Source: Pseudomonadota bacterium (GTDB taxonomy: Bacteria; Pseudomonadota; Gammaproteobacteria; Burkholderiales; JAJZQI01). From it: DNA of 48,225 nucleotides. The stretch covers positions 1 through 48,225 of the forward strand of contig JAJZTZ010000003.1 of the NCBI GenBank assembly GCA_021847305.1, given 5' to 3'. A program made the position numbers and the translations under genes. The notes beneath the pieces are model-generated. The model did not search any database and had not been told where the DNA came from. It was given only the letters and a program-made list of their open reading frames with translations. Position 1 is the first letter of the stretch. Every line of letters starts with the position of its first letter. Below, one piece after another: positions 1 to 9,289 of this stretch.

Positions 1-2
1 TG

Positions 3-1190
3 TGCATTGCCACCGGTCTGATGAGTTTTCCACTTGCCAGCTGGGCGGCTACGAATACAGCGAATTACTGGCTGAGCGTTACAACAGACAGTGGCGGCAT
101 GGGCTCAGCCATGACCAAACAAGCCGCCACCGAGTCCGCCGGCGGTTTTCTGGGCGGCCTTTTTGGCAGCCTCAGCAGCAAGGTTTCCGGCCCGACGCGC
201 ACACTGAGTCTGCAACTGAATTCACCGCAAAGCTTGCCTGCCGGCCCCAATGCCCTGCACGACATCCCCAAGGGCATGTCAATGGGAGACAGTCTGCCGC
301 TTGTCATCCCCGAGTTTGTTACCAGCTCGGCGGAAAAAGAGGAACAAACGCCTTTTGAACGGGGTGAAAAGCCCAAAGGACGCCTGCTGATTTACTGGGG
401 CTGCGGCGACAAGACGGGCTCCGGCCAGCCCAAAGTGATCGACTTCGCCAAAGTCACGAGTATGGCCGGCATGCCCAGTCATCACGGCTCAGCCGTTTAC
501 CCGCCATCCCCCAGCCGCGGCAAAATCTACGCGGCCTGGCCAAACAAGGAAAACAGCAAGCGCATTCCGTCTGACGCCTCACTGGTCGGCGACCATTTTG
601 TTCACGGCAACTATACTCCGGACATCCGCTTCAGCATTGGCAAGCAGCAGGATTTCATGGCCCCGGTAGAATTGAGCAACAACGGCAACACACTGAAGTG
701 GAAAGACATTCCGACCTCAATCGGCTTTTTCATCATGGCAAGCGGCAGCAATGCCAACGGCGACATGATTGTCTGGACGTCCAGCCGCGAAGCCGACACG
801 GGCTGGGGCATGATGGATTTCATGCCCACACCTGACGTGCGCAAGTTCGTCAAAAACAAAGTCGTGCTGCCTGGCGACGCGAGCGAATGCACTGTGCCCG
901 CGGAAGTCGCCGATAAAAGTCAGGGCCTGATGGTGCAGATGATTGCCTACGGCGAAGACATGAACGCTGCCTGGCCGGCAAAACCGGAAAAACCCCAGGC
1001 CTATGTGAAAGTACGCCTCAAGTCGGTTGGCTCACTGATGCTGGGCGGCACAAGCGGTGCCGCCAAAGCCGGCGGCGGCAGTTACAGCGCAGCGGGTGGC
1101 CGCAGCTACAGTTCGCCCCCGAAAGAGAAAAGCGACAGCGAAAAAGCCATTGATGGCGTGAAATCGATCCGTGGCCTGTTCGGCTTCTGA
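3..1190 (+). CDS. Secreted/periplasmic hypothetical protein (probably 5'-truncated by the window edge)
   Basis: The frame is open from position 3 (CIATGLMSFPLASWA reads like the end of a signal peptide). The rest looks soluble, with Gly/Ser-rich linkers and a GLFGF C-terminus. No recognisable catalytic motif. Confidence 0.7.
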   Translation, partial: CIATGLMSFPLASWAATNTANYWLSVTTDSGGMGSAMTKQAATESAGGFLGGLFGSLSSKVSGPTRTLSLQLNSPQSLPAGPNALHDIPKGMSMGDSLPLVIPEFVTSSAEKEEQTPFERGEKPKGRLLIYWGCGDKTGSGQPKVIDFAKVTSMAGMPSHHGSAVYPPSPSRGKIYAAWPNKENSKRIPSDASLVGDHFVHGNYTPDIRFSIGKQQDFMAPVELSNNGNTLKWKDIPTSIGFFIMASGSNANGDMIVWTSSREADTGWGMMDFMPTPDVRKFVKNKVVLPGDASECTVPAEVADKSQGLMVQMIAYGEDMNAAWPAKPEKPQAYVKVRLKSVGSLMLGGTSGAAKAGGGSYSAAGGRSYSSPPKEKSDSEKAIDGVKSIRGLFGF

Positions 1191-2607
1191 TCAATTTGCT
1201 GATCCCGCCACGCGCAGGGATCAGCCCATTTCATTGCAGCGGCTGTTTTACCAGCCGCTGCCTCATCTTGTGCTGATTTTTGCCTGCGTACTGACGGTCT
1301 ATGCCAACAGCCTGCACGGCAGCTTTCAGTATGATGACTTCAATGTCATTGTCGACGAGCCCCGCGTTCACAGCTGGTCAGCCTGGCTGGCCTCAATGCC
1401 GGGCATCCGGCCTCTGCTCAAGGCCAGCTACGTATTCAGCTGGAAAACAGGCAGCGTCGTCGGATTTCATCTTTTCAATCTGGCCTGCCACCTGCTCAAC
1501 GCCTTGCTGGTCTACGTACTGGGCCGACTGTTTTTCGCCGGGTACAGCACGCTTTCAGATGACCGAATCAATCTCGCCGCTCTATTAGCAGCCTTGCTGT
1601 TTGCCCTCCACCCTGCCAACACGGAAGCAGTGACCTATATCAGCGGCCGCTCGCTCTCGCTTACCGCCAGCTTTTATCTTGCCGCCCTGACAGCTTATCT
1701 ATACGGCAAACAAAAAACCTGGCTGCGCTGGCTGGCATTATGGCTGTTTGCACTGGCTCTCGGCGTCAAGGAAGTTGCTGTCACTTTGCCCTTTGCGCTC
1801 TGGCTATGGCAAGCCGACGGTTCGGCCAGACTGGCCCGACTGTGGCCATTTTTTGCTTTGCTGGGTGCCGTCGCTTTGGTGCTGCTGCTCACCCCCGTCT
1901 ATGATGCGGTGGTGTTCCACAGCTTTTCCTACCGCAGCCTGCAGGACAATCTGTCTCCTGCCATGGCCGGGGTTGCGTATCTGTTTAAAACGCTGCTGTG
2001 GCCGATGCACCTGAGCATAGACCCGGCCATTGATGTGCGATCAACAGGCTCGCCCGTTCCATTCATCCAGTTCGCGGTTATTGTGCTACTGGCCGGACTG
2101 GCCGCCTGGCGAATTCGCAGACGCCCGGGCGCGCTAAAGATTCTGGCTTTTGCCCTGTTATGGTTTTTCCTGCACCTGTTACCCACCCACAGCCTGATCC
2201 CCCGACTTGATCCGGCCAATGACCGTCATCTCTATCTTGCGGCCATAGGCCCCTGTTTTGCCTTGGCCTATGTCCTGACTGCACCGGGTATGATGTCGCG
2301 GGCGCTTGCCGGCAGCCTCGCGGTCACCCTGCTGACAGTGCTTGCAGGGCTGACCCTGATGCGTAATGAGGCATACCGGAGCGAAATCAGCCTGTGGCAA
2401 GCCGCAGCACACGTCTCGCCGAACAAACCCCGGGTGCAGAACAATCTGGGTTATGCGCTGGCTTTGCAGGGGCGTTATGCCGAGGCAGAGCGGGCATACA
2501 GATACGCACTGCAGGAAGATCCGAATTTCAGCAAGGCAAAAGAAAATTTGCTCATCCTGCAGTCACAGACAAAGGAGACAAGGCGTGCCGCAATCGCCGA
2601 ACACTAG
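1171..2607 (+). CDS. TMTC-like (GT-C fold) membrane glycosyltransferase with C-terminal TPR
   Basis: About 10 hydrophobic segments. Motifs FQYDD after TM1, RPL, HPANTEAVTYISGR, KE and DRHLYLA, then a TPR (NNLGYALALQGRYAEAERAYRYAL). Start codon uncertain. Confidence 0.75.
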   Translation: MACSASDQFADPATRRDQPISLQRLFYQPLPHLVLIFACVLTVYANSLHGSFQYDDFNVIVDEPRVHSWSAWLASMPGIRPLLKASYVFSWKTGSVVGFHLFNLACHLLNALLVYVLGRLFFAGYSTLSDDRINLAALLAALLFALHPANTEAVTYISGRSLSLTASFYLAALTAYLYGKQKTWLRWLALWLFALALGVKEVAVTLPFALWLWQADGSARLARLWPFFALLGAVALVLLLTPVYDAVVFHSFSYRSLQDNLSPAMAGVAYLFKTLLWPMHLSIDPAIDVRSTGSPVPFIQFAVIVLLAGLAAWRIRRRPGALKILAFALLWFFLHLLPTHSLIPRLDPANDRHLYLAAIGPCFALAYVLTAPGMMSRALAGSLAVTLLTVLAGLTLMRNEAYRSEISLWQAAAHVSPNKPRVQNNLGYALALQGRYAEAERAYRYALQEDPNFSKAKENLLILQSQTKETRRAAIAEH

Positions 2608-2616
2608 CCTTTCGAT

Positions 2617-2645
2617 TTGCCCCCGGTATATTGTGTTTTTATGAT
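2617..2645 (+). promoter_or_regulatory. Candidate sigma70 promoter for the AurF-like gene
   Basis: TTGCCC (2617-2622), 17 bp, TATGAT (2640-2645) in an AT-rich gap. Confidence 0.45.
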
Positions 2646-2689
2646 ATTATCAGCGGCTCGTTTGTTTCCCATAACGTGTTTCGCAGGAC

Positions 2690-3559
2690 ATGCCGCACGC
2701 CGAACTCTCGCTCATTGAGCAGCTCAACACCAACAGCGACCCGTATCACGACCCGCTCAAGCATCTGGACTGGAGCGAGTTGCGCACGGACGAGTTCTGG
2801 CTGCCCGAGTCGGCTGTGTCACTGGCTGGCGTGCCCGAATACGAGGCGCTGCCGGAAAGCACCCGCAAACGCCTGTCGCAGTACGAATTCATCGGTTTTA
2901 CCCAGGCCGGCCTGTGGCTGGAATCCATTTTCATGGAGCGGTTGGGACGCAGCCTGAAAAACACCCAGGCGCTGGCCGAACATGCTTATTATCTGCACGA
3001 AATCCGCGAAGAAGCCGGCCATAGCCTGATGTTCCTCAAGCTGATGGAAACCAGCGGCCTGCGCCTGCCGGGCATCTGGCAACGGCGGCCCAAATTCGCC
3101 GATTTCGTCGGTCGCAATACGCCGGTGTCCACCACGCTGTTCTGGCTGGCCGTTGTGGTTGGCGAAGAAGTGCCGGACAAGATGAACCGCCATGTGCGCG
3201 TGCACGGCGAAAAGTCGATCAATCCGCTGGTACGGCAGATGTGCACCCTGCACATCATCGACGAGGCCCGCCATATTGCCCATGCCCGCAGCGCCCTGGT
3301 GGACAGCCTGAAGGGAAAAGGTGCGCTGACCCGCATCATGCTGACTCCGGTGGTCAACTATCTGCTCAAGCAGTTCGTCAACACGTTCTACCTCCCCACT
3401 CCCGAAGTGTATGAACTGTCCGGCCTGACCCCCGGCAAGGACTGGGTGGGAAAAGCTCGGCGCAATCCGCAGCGCCAGGTCTTCATCGCCCAGTGCGTCA
3501 ACCCGACACTGAATTTCCTGCGCGAGCAGGGATTCAGGCTCGACGTTCCCAAGCTTTAA
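2690..3559 (+). CDS. AurF-family (ferritin-like) diiron oxygenase
   Basis: Paired ExxH motifs (REEAGHSLMF and IDEARH), plus WLE, GEEVPD and an N-terminal LDW segment typical of AurF-like N-oxygenases. Confidence 0.8.
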   Translation: MPHAELSLIEQLNTNSDPYHDPLKHLDWSELRTDEFWLPESAVSLAGVPEYEALPESTRKRLSQYEFIGFTQAGLWLESIFMERLGRSLKNTQALAEHAYYLHEIREEAGHSLMFLKLMETSGLRLPGIWQRRPKFADFVGRNTPVSTTLFWLAVVVGEEVPDKMNRHVRVHGEKSINPLVRQMCTLHIIDEARHIAHARSALVDSLKGKGALTRIMLTPVVNYLLKQFVNTFYLPTPEVYELSGLTPGKDWVGKARRNPQRQVFIAQCVNPTLNFLREQGFRLDVPKL

Positions 3560-3610
3560 TCTCAAAGCGCCAGAAATGTGCAGCGGGCGCAGTCTGACTT
3601 GCGCCGGCTG

Positions 3611-5245
3611 CTATTTCTTTTTCGCCACCTCGGCCAGCGTATTCACTGCAATCACGCAGTGACTGCCCACCTCGTCGATCAAACCGGCATTTTTGACTTT
3701 TTCCGCCACATTACTGCGCATGCCGCACAGAATCAGGCGCGTGCCGTTTTTGTCGCATGACTTGAGCAGGCTCGCCAACGAACGCAAGCCGGTGGCATCA
3801 ATGATCGGCACCGCATGCATGCGCAGCACCAGAGTCTTGGTATGGCTTTGCAGGCGCTCCAGTGTGGTTTCGATACGCTCGGCCACGCCAAAGAAATACG
3901 GCCCTTCCATCGAGTACACCACCGTACCGGCCGGCCATTCCATGTCCTGATCAGCCAATTCGCTTTTCAACGCCTCTTCCGACTGCTGCTCCAGCACCAC
4001 GGTTTCCGACATGCGCTTCATGAACAGCAATACCGCCAGCAACACGCCAATATTGACCGCAATCACCAGATCGGCAAATACCGTGAGAACAAACGTAATC
4101 AGCATCACGACGACGTCGGCACGCGGTGCAGTCAGCAGGGTATGGCGAAAATGCCGCCACTCGCTCATGTTGTAGGCCACCACAAAGAGAATGGCCGCCA
4201 GTGCCGCCAGAGGAATCTGCGATGCCAGGGGTGCGAGCAACAGCACGATGAGAATCAGCGTGATCGAGTGCACGATGCCGGCCAGCGGACTGGTGCCGCC
4301 GTTGCGGATATTGGTGGCGGTTCGGGCGATGGCGCCGGTGGCGGCAAACCCGCCGAACAGCGGCGAAACCATATTGGCCAGCCCCTGCCCGACCAGCTCC
4401 TGATTGGAATCATGCCGCGTGCCAGCCATGCTGTCGGCCACCACCGCGGACAGCAACGATTCGATGGCACCCAGCAAGGCAATGGTGAAAGCCGGGCCGA
4501 TCAGACGCAGGACATCGTCGAACTGCATGCTCGGCAGGGAAAATGATGGCAATTGCTGCGGCAAGCCGCCGAACGTGCTGCCCAGTGTGGCCACTTGCGG
4601 TGAGTCCCAGAAACTTTGCAGCAGCGTGGCCGCCACCATGGCCACCAGCGGTGCCGGTACGCGCCGCAGCACCTTGGGCGAAAGCAGCAGAACAGCCAGG
4701 GTAAACGCGCCTAACAGGGTCGTCGGCACATTCAGTTGCGGCAGACTCTGTAGCAGGTGCCAGAGTTTTTCGTGAAAATGTGCATTGGCGCCGCCAGCCG
4801 GGTGCAGACCGAAAAAGTCCTTCCACTGACCGACGAAGATAATCACCGCAATACCGGCGGTAAATCCGGTGATGACGGGATCGGGAATAAAGCGGATAAC
4901 GTTGCCGAGCCGTGCCAGTCCCATGGCAAGCAGCATGACACCGGCCATCAGCGTGGCGATTTGCAAGCCGCTGATGCCATATTTGGCGGTGATACCCGCA
5001 AGAATAACGATGAAGGCACCGGTAGGGCCGGAAATCTGCACCCGGCTGCCGCCGAACAGACTGGTCATGAAACCGGCAACGATGGCGGTGTACAGGCCCT
5101 GTTCGGGCTTGGCTCCGCTGGCTATGGCAAAGGCCATGGCCAGCGGCAAGGCAACCACGCCGACGATTACACCTGCCAGAAGATTGGTCATCCAGTGCTG
5201 TCTGGAAAACAGCCCTGCCCGTTTTGCTTCGAGAAATGCAATCAT
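3611..5245 (-). CDS. SulP/SLC26-family anion (C4-dicarboxylate/bicarbonate/sulfate) transporter with STAS domain
   Basis: GVIVGVVALPLAMAFAIASG, GGSRVQISGPTGA, ESLLSA, GAIARTATN; C-terminal STAS (GPYFFG...IDATG). Confidence 0.92.
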   Translation of the reverse strand: MIAFLEAKRAGLFSRQHWMTNLLAGVIVGVVALPLAMAFAIASGAKPEQGLYTAIVAGFMTSLFGGSRVQISGPTGAFIVILAGITAKYGISGLQIATLMAGVMLLAMGLARLGNVIRFIPDPVITGFTAGIAVIIFVGQWKDFFGLHPAGGANAHFHEKLWHLLQSLPQLNVPTTLLGAFTLAVLLLSPKVLRRVPAPLVAMVAATLLQSFWDSPQVATLGSTFGGLPQQLPSFSLPSMQFDDVLRLIGPAFTIALLGAIESLLSAVVADSMAGTRHDSNQELVGQGLANMVSPLFGGFAATGAIARTATNIRNGGTSPLAGIVHSITLILIVLLLAPLASQIPLAALAAILFVVAYNMSEWRHFRHTLLTAPRADVVVMLITFVLTVFADLVIAVNIGVLLAVLLFMKRMSETVVLEQQSEEALKSELADQDMEWPAGTVVYSMEGPYFFGVAERIETTLERLQSHTKTLVLRMHAVPIIDATGLRSLASLLKSCDKNGTRLILCGMRSNVAEKVKNAGLIDEVGSHCVIAVNTLAEVAKKK

Positions 5246-5346
5246 CGCGCCTCACCACTGTATACACTGCAACATTACAATTATATAGGGCGAAAACACC
5301 CTGGCAGCAATATGGCTTTATGGCGGGCGAACGCCTGCCTCCCGAC

Positions 5347-5378
5347 AAAACAAAAAAGGGCTTCCACCGGAAGCCCTT
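5347..5378 (-). terminator. Rho-independent terminator, probably ending the exbD...phoX transcript
   Basis: Minus strand AAGGGCTTCC-GGT-GGAAGCCCTT followed by TTTTGTTTT. Confidence 0.75.
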
Positions 5379-5435
5379 GCACTGCCGCTGCAGACCGGAC
5401 AAATCCGGCCCCAGGGGCAAACACAGCATTCTTAA

Positions 5436-5587
5436 GCAAGCGCTGATTTATTCCATTTATGGAATAAATCAGCAGGGCGGCTGCGCGGCACATGTCCGCA
5501 CAGCCTCACACTTTCAATGACTTGCGTCATTGAGCGGCCGGGCGAGAAATCTGCCCGGCACGGAAACGCAAATAAATCAGCGTTTCC
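5436..5587 (-). mobile_element. MITE-like structured repeat, copy 1 (152 bp)
   Basis: Ends GCAAGCGCTGATTTA...TAAATCAGCGTTTCC, with TTAA on both sides (5432-5435, 5588-5591). Its reverse complement differs from 23569-23720 at 14 of 152 positions (hand count). Confidence 0.8.
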
Positions 5588-5617
5588 TTAAAACACGCTA
5601 TTGCGGCGCTTGCGCAC

Positions 5618-7519
5618 TCAGTCCAGTTTACCCAGCGGGATATAGCCGACCATGCCGCGCTTGTCGACGTGGCTGGCCATATCCTCGCGGATTTCCACCG
5701 GATACTTGCTCAGATCGTCGTCCGCTCCCGGATGCTGCACATTGGCCATGAGGTAGGCATAACCATCCGCCGTGACCACCGGAGCAAGGCCGGTCCATTC
5801 CGCGCCGATGGGCGCCGTGGCAAGGCGGGTCAGCTGACCGGAAACGGTATTGTAGGCCCACAGCATGTTGTTGAGATGGTTGCCGCTGTCTTCGCCGATG
5901 AACAGAGTGCGCATTTGTGGCGAATACTTGATGTTGTCGGGATTGCCGATGCGCTCCGGATCGCACTTGTCGTGACTGTCAGCCACCGGGTTGGGCCTGC
6001 CGGTCAGCAACGCGCGGGTAGCGCCTGCCACCCAGCGGCTGTTGATCGGTTTGCCGAGCATGTCGCGCGCCTGCGGCTGCAACGAAGACGCGTAAACGAC
6101 GCCGCAGGCAAGCGCGCCATCCGGATCGGACAGGGAAATATCGTTCTGCGGCCGTTCGCCGTTCTTGCCGGTTGGCATACCGCCCTCGGCGTACGACACG
6201 GCAAAGTACAGCTGCCGGTCAGCCGGATTGGAGGTCAAGCCTTCCATTTTGCTGAATTCGGTCGTTGCACCCAGGTAGGCCGCATAACGACGGGTTTCCA
6301 GGAATGCGGCGGTTTTTTCCATACCGGGTTTGAGCTTCAGATATTCCAGACGGGTGACCCCGCCGGTGCCACCATAGACAAATACCGGGCGGTAGCCGGC
6401 AAAGCGCTGCGGATTCTGCTGATAGCCTTCGGCGGTAACGAAGTCGAAGATTTCAGAGAAGCGCAGCTTGCTGCGGATCATGGACCGCACCTCGGCATCG
6501 GTGGCGTGTCCCAGGCGAATCCACTGCAGATTAGCCTTGCCGCCGTTGCTGCCGTCAGTCTGGTTCCACTTGGCCGCGTACAGGGTACCCGAGGACAGGT
6601 CACCGGCACGATCAGCCACGTACATCCCCATCATCACATCACGCCCGTCGTCGCTCAGGTATACGGTACGCCGGTCAGGCATGACGGTGCCGAGTTCATG
6701 GGAAAAGCGCCCCATGGAATAGTGCTTGACGATGTGCCCTGCGCCCCGGCTATCGACCCGGACTTCGGTAATAAAGCCATAGGCGTAGGGATTGGCACCG
6801 CCATCGCGAGTCAGCTTGCCGGACGTGCCAAGATAGGCATTCATGGCTTCCAGCGGCACGCGTTCGAAATTGCGCGCATCCGGCTCATATTCCTCGCTGC
6901 CCAGGTGCGTATTCCAGGGAGTTTTCTCGCCGGCGCAAGGGGTCCACAGACCGTCCACCGATTTCATGTCGACATTTTTCAGGCTGACAGCCTGCAATGC
7001 GCCGCTGGCCGGGTCCTGCTTCAGTGTGGCTACGTTGATCGCCATGGGCAGCTTGCCGTACAGATTAACCCGGGCCGGTGCCGCGCCAGTAGCGGGAGCA
7101 TCGGTATCGTACTCGAAGTGCGTCACCAGATAGTAGGCCGACTGCTTGCCGTTGCGCTGCTCAATCAGCGAGTTGGAATCCGGTCCTTTGGCATAGAACG
7201 GCCCCTGCCCCTCATGCGCCGACTCATCATAGCTGGTCAGCATGAGCGGCTTGCCTTCCCGGTTGACGATCTGGCCGGCCGGCCAGCCGCCCACCACGTC
7301 GCCGGAGTGGTAGAGCACGTGATAGGCCAACGGCAGGCTGCGCGCTGCGCCGTCCGCTCCGGTCACGCTGACACTGGCGCTGCTGTGTACCCGGGTCATT
7401 TCACTGGCACCGCTGGGCAGGGATGAGGGGGCAAAGCTCACCTCGGCCCCCTGCGCTGTGACACTGCACAGGGCCAGCAGGGCGGCGGTCAGGGGCTTGA
7501 GCATGATGCGTGATTTCAT
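5618..7519 (-). CDS. phoX: PhoX-family (DUF839) alkaline phosphatase
   Basis: Motifs CAGEKTPWNTHLGSEE, MGRFSHE, KMEG, NPDN, IGED, EWTG and NVQHP; N-terminal signal peptide. Confidence 0.85.
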   Translation of the reverse strand: MKSRIMLKPLTAALLALCSVTAQGAEVSFAPSSLPSGASEMTRVHSSASVSVTGADGAARSLPLAYHVLYHSGDVVGGWPAGQIVNREGKPLMLTSYDESAHEGQGPFYAKGPDSNSLIEQRNGKQSAYYLVTHFEYDTDAPATGAAPARVNLYGKLPMAINVATLKQDPASGALQAVSLKNVDMKSVDGLWTPCAGEKTPWNTHLGSEEYEPDARNFERVPLEAMNAYLGTSGKLTRDGGANPYAYGFITEVRVDSRGAGHIVKHYSMGRFSHELGTVMPDRRTVYLSDDGRDVMMGMYVADRAGDLSSGTLYAAKWNQTDGSNGGKANLQWIRLGHATDAEVRSMIRSKLRFSEIFDFVTAEGYQQNPQRFAGYRPVFVYGGTGGVTRLEYLKLKPGMEKTAAFLETRRYAAYLGATTEFSKMEGLTSNPADRQLYFAVSYAEGGMPTGKNGERPQNDISLSDPDGALACGVVYASSLQPQARDMLGKPINSRWVAGATRALLTGRPNPVADSHDKCDPERIGNPDNIKYSPQMRTLFIGEDSGNHLNNMLWAYNTVSGQLTRLATAPIGAEWTGLAPVVTADGYAYLMANVQHPGADDDLSKYPVEIREDMASHVDKRGMVGYIPLGKLD

Positions 7520-7549
7520 AAGGCAATACTTTCCAGACTGTCTTGTAGT

Positions 7550-9259
7550 TTACAACCCGCCCGCTGCCGGGCGGGAAAAATCGAACATATTCATCAGGTC
7601 ACCAATGGCCGGCCGATTCTCCGGCACATAAGGATTGGCTTTGCCATGCACCGGGTTGGGCAGATTGTCGCGGCTGCGCTGCGACAGGGTCGGCAAACCC
7701 CAGTTGCGTTCGATGAATTTAATGATCGAGGCATGATCGTAGTAGGTGTGGTCGATTTCGCCCTTGCGTGCGTAGGGCGATACAGCGATCAGCGGAATGC
7801 GTGTGCCGTCGCCGAAGAAATCGACGATCTGCACATAGCCGGAATCGTAGTAGCCGCCGCCTTCGTCAAAGGTCACGAGAATGGCGGTTTTCTTCCACAG
7901 TTCGGGATTGGACTGCACGCGCCGGACGATGTCCTGTACCAGCTCCTCGAAACCGGTTTCCATGGCATAACCGGGGTGACCGGATACGCTATCGTACGGG
8001 GCAATCACCGACACGGCCGGGAACGTTTTGGCGTTTTTCACATCGACATAGAAGCGTTGCAAATCCAGCAGTTTGCTCTTGTCCGGCCCGCTCATGGTGG
8101 AATGGAAGAACGTCTGCGTGTCACACATGCCACAGTATTCGCGGTCGGTCTTCTTGCCGTCATTGCGGCCACCGCTATACCACTTCCAGGACAGGCCGGC
8201 TTTGCTCATTGCATCGCCAATGCTGGGAATGATCTGCGGCGGCAGCAACCGGGTGCCCGGCCCCATCGGCAGCGAACGACCGTCTGCGGTATAGGATGGA
8301 TCGAGGTTGTTGACCATGTAATAGGCCCCCTCGGCACAGTTGCCGTTGTTGAACAGCTTGTACGGCAGAGTGCTGATATAGGCATTGATGGCCGATACGC
8401 CGGCGGCGTTGGGGTCGGCACAGTTGAGATAGCTGCCGCCATTTTCCACCAGTTGCTTGCCGCCCTTGAGCACATGCAGCTGAGTCACCAGGTTGGCCGG
8501 CGGCACGCCCATTTTGCCGTTTTCGGTATAGAAAGCGACATCGGCAGACGCCAGGGCAAAATAATTCTGCGCCGTGCCGCCCATGATGGACTGGTGGTAA
8601 TTGTCCGCAATCGAATACTGTTCAGCCAGCTTTTTGAAATACGGCGCGTCGCCCTGCGCCATGTTGTAAAAACCCATGGCAACGGCGCCCTGATAGGTCG
8701 GCACGGACTCCACCTGATCGACCTTATCGCCCAGATAAAAGCCGAAATGGTCGGCAGTCCAGACAAACAGATCGTTCTTACCGCCATTCACCTGCTGCCA
8801 CATCTGCAGGAAGCGGTGGATCGGATCCCCCGTATGCGCGCCATAGCTGACGTACTTGGTAATCTGGAACGGTCCGTTGGCAAGCTGCTGCGGGAATCGC
8901 GCATCCGGCACATCGTGCTGCTGGCCGAAAGCACCGGCGGCGTAGGGCTGCGGCAAAGATGCGTAATCGCCGGTAATGCGCGGCGTCGGACTGTAACCCT
9001 GGCTGGCATCGGCGGTGCGTTGCATGGCCAGATGATAGTTGGGCCCCGGTGTGCCATCGCTATTTACAATGCCGCGCGACAGGAGGTTCCATACTGTCTG
9101 CCCCTTGGGCGGCTGATACACGCCGTAGAGATTATCGAAGGTGCGGTTCTCCCCCACCACCACAATGACGTGTTCGATCGGCGTTTGCGCCTTGGGGGCG
9201 GCAAGCGCCACAAGCGGCGACAAAGCCAGGACAACAGCCGTTGCAATTCGTGACAGCAT
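7550..9259 (-). CDS. Phosphoesterase-family protein (AcpA acid phosphatase / phospholipase C superfamily)
   Basis: IEHVIVVVGENRTFDNLYG, DNYHQSIMGGT, SGHPG, TFDEGGGYYD, GTRIP and YDHASIIKFIE. Sec-type signal peptide from the ATG at 9259 (the ORF track extends to a TTG at 9280). Confidence 0.88.
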   Translation of the reverse strand: MLSRIATAVVLALSPLVALAAPKAQTPIEHVIVVVGENRTFDNLYGVYQPPKGQTVWNLLSRGIVNSDGTPGPNYHLAMQRTADASQGYSPTPRITGDYASLPQPYAAGAFGQQHDVPDARFPQQLANGPFQITKYVSYGAHTGDPIHRFLQMWQQVNGGKNDLFVWTADHFGFYLGDKVDQVESVPTYQGAVAMGFYNMAQGDAPYFKKLAEQYSIADNYHQSIMGGTAQNYFALASADVAFYTENGKMGVPPANLVTQLHVLKGGKQLVENGGSYLNCADPNAAGVSAINAYISTLPYKLFNNGNCAEGAYYMVNNLDPSYTADGRSLPMGPGTRLLPPQIIPSIGDAMSKAGLSWKWYSGGRNDGKKTDREYCGMCDTQTFFHSTMSGPDKSKLLDLQRFYVDVKNAKTFPAVSVIAPYDSVSGHPGYAMETGFEELVQDIVRRVQSNPELWKKTAILVTFDEGGGYYDSGYVQIVDFFGDGTRIPLIAVSPYARKGEIDHTYYDHASIIKFIERNWGLPTLSQRSRDNLPNPVHGKANPYVPENRPAIGDLMNMFDFSRPAAGGL

Positions 9260-9289
9260 GGACACTCTCTCTTTAGACAAAATTGACTG

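Noticed and set aside
5246-5431. Possible riboswitch/attenuator upstream of sulP
   Set aside because: The terminator is better explained as the end of the phoX transcript. A TATAAT lies downstream of it (5280-5285, minus strand), and I cannot match a known aptamer consensus. An Rfam scan would settle it.
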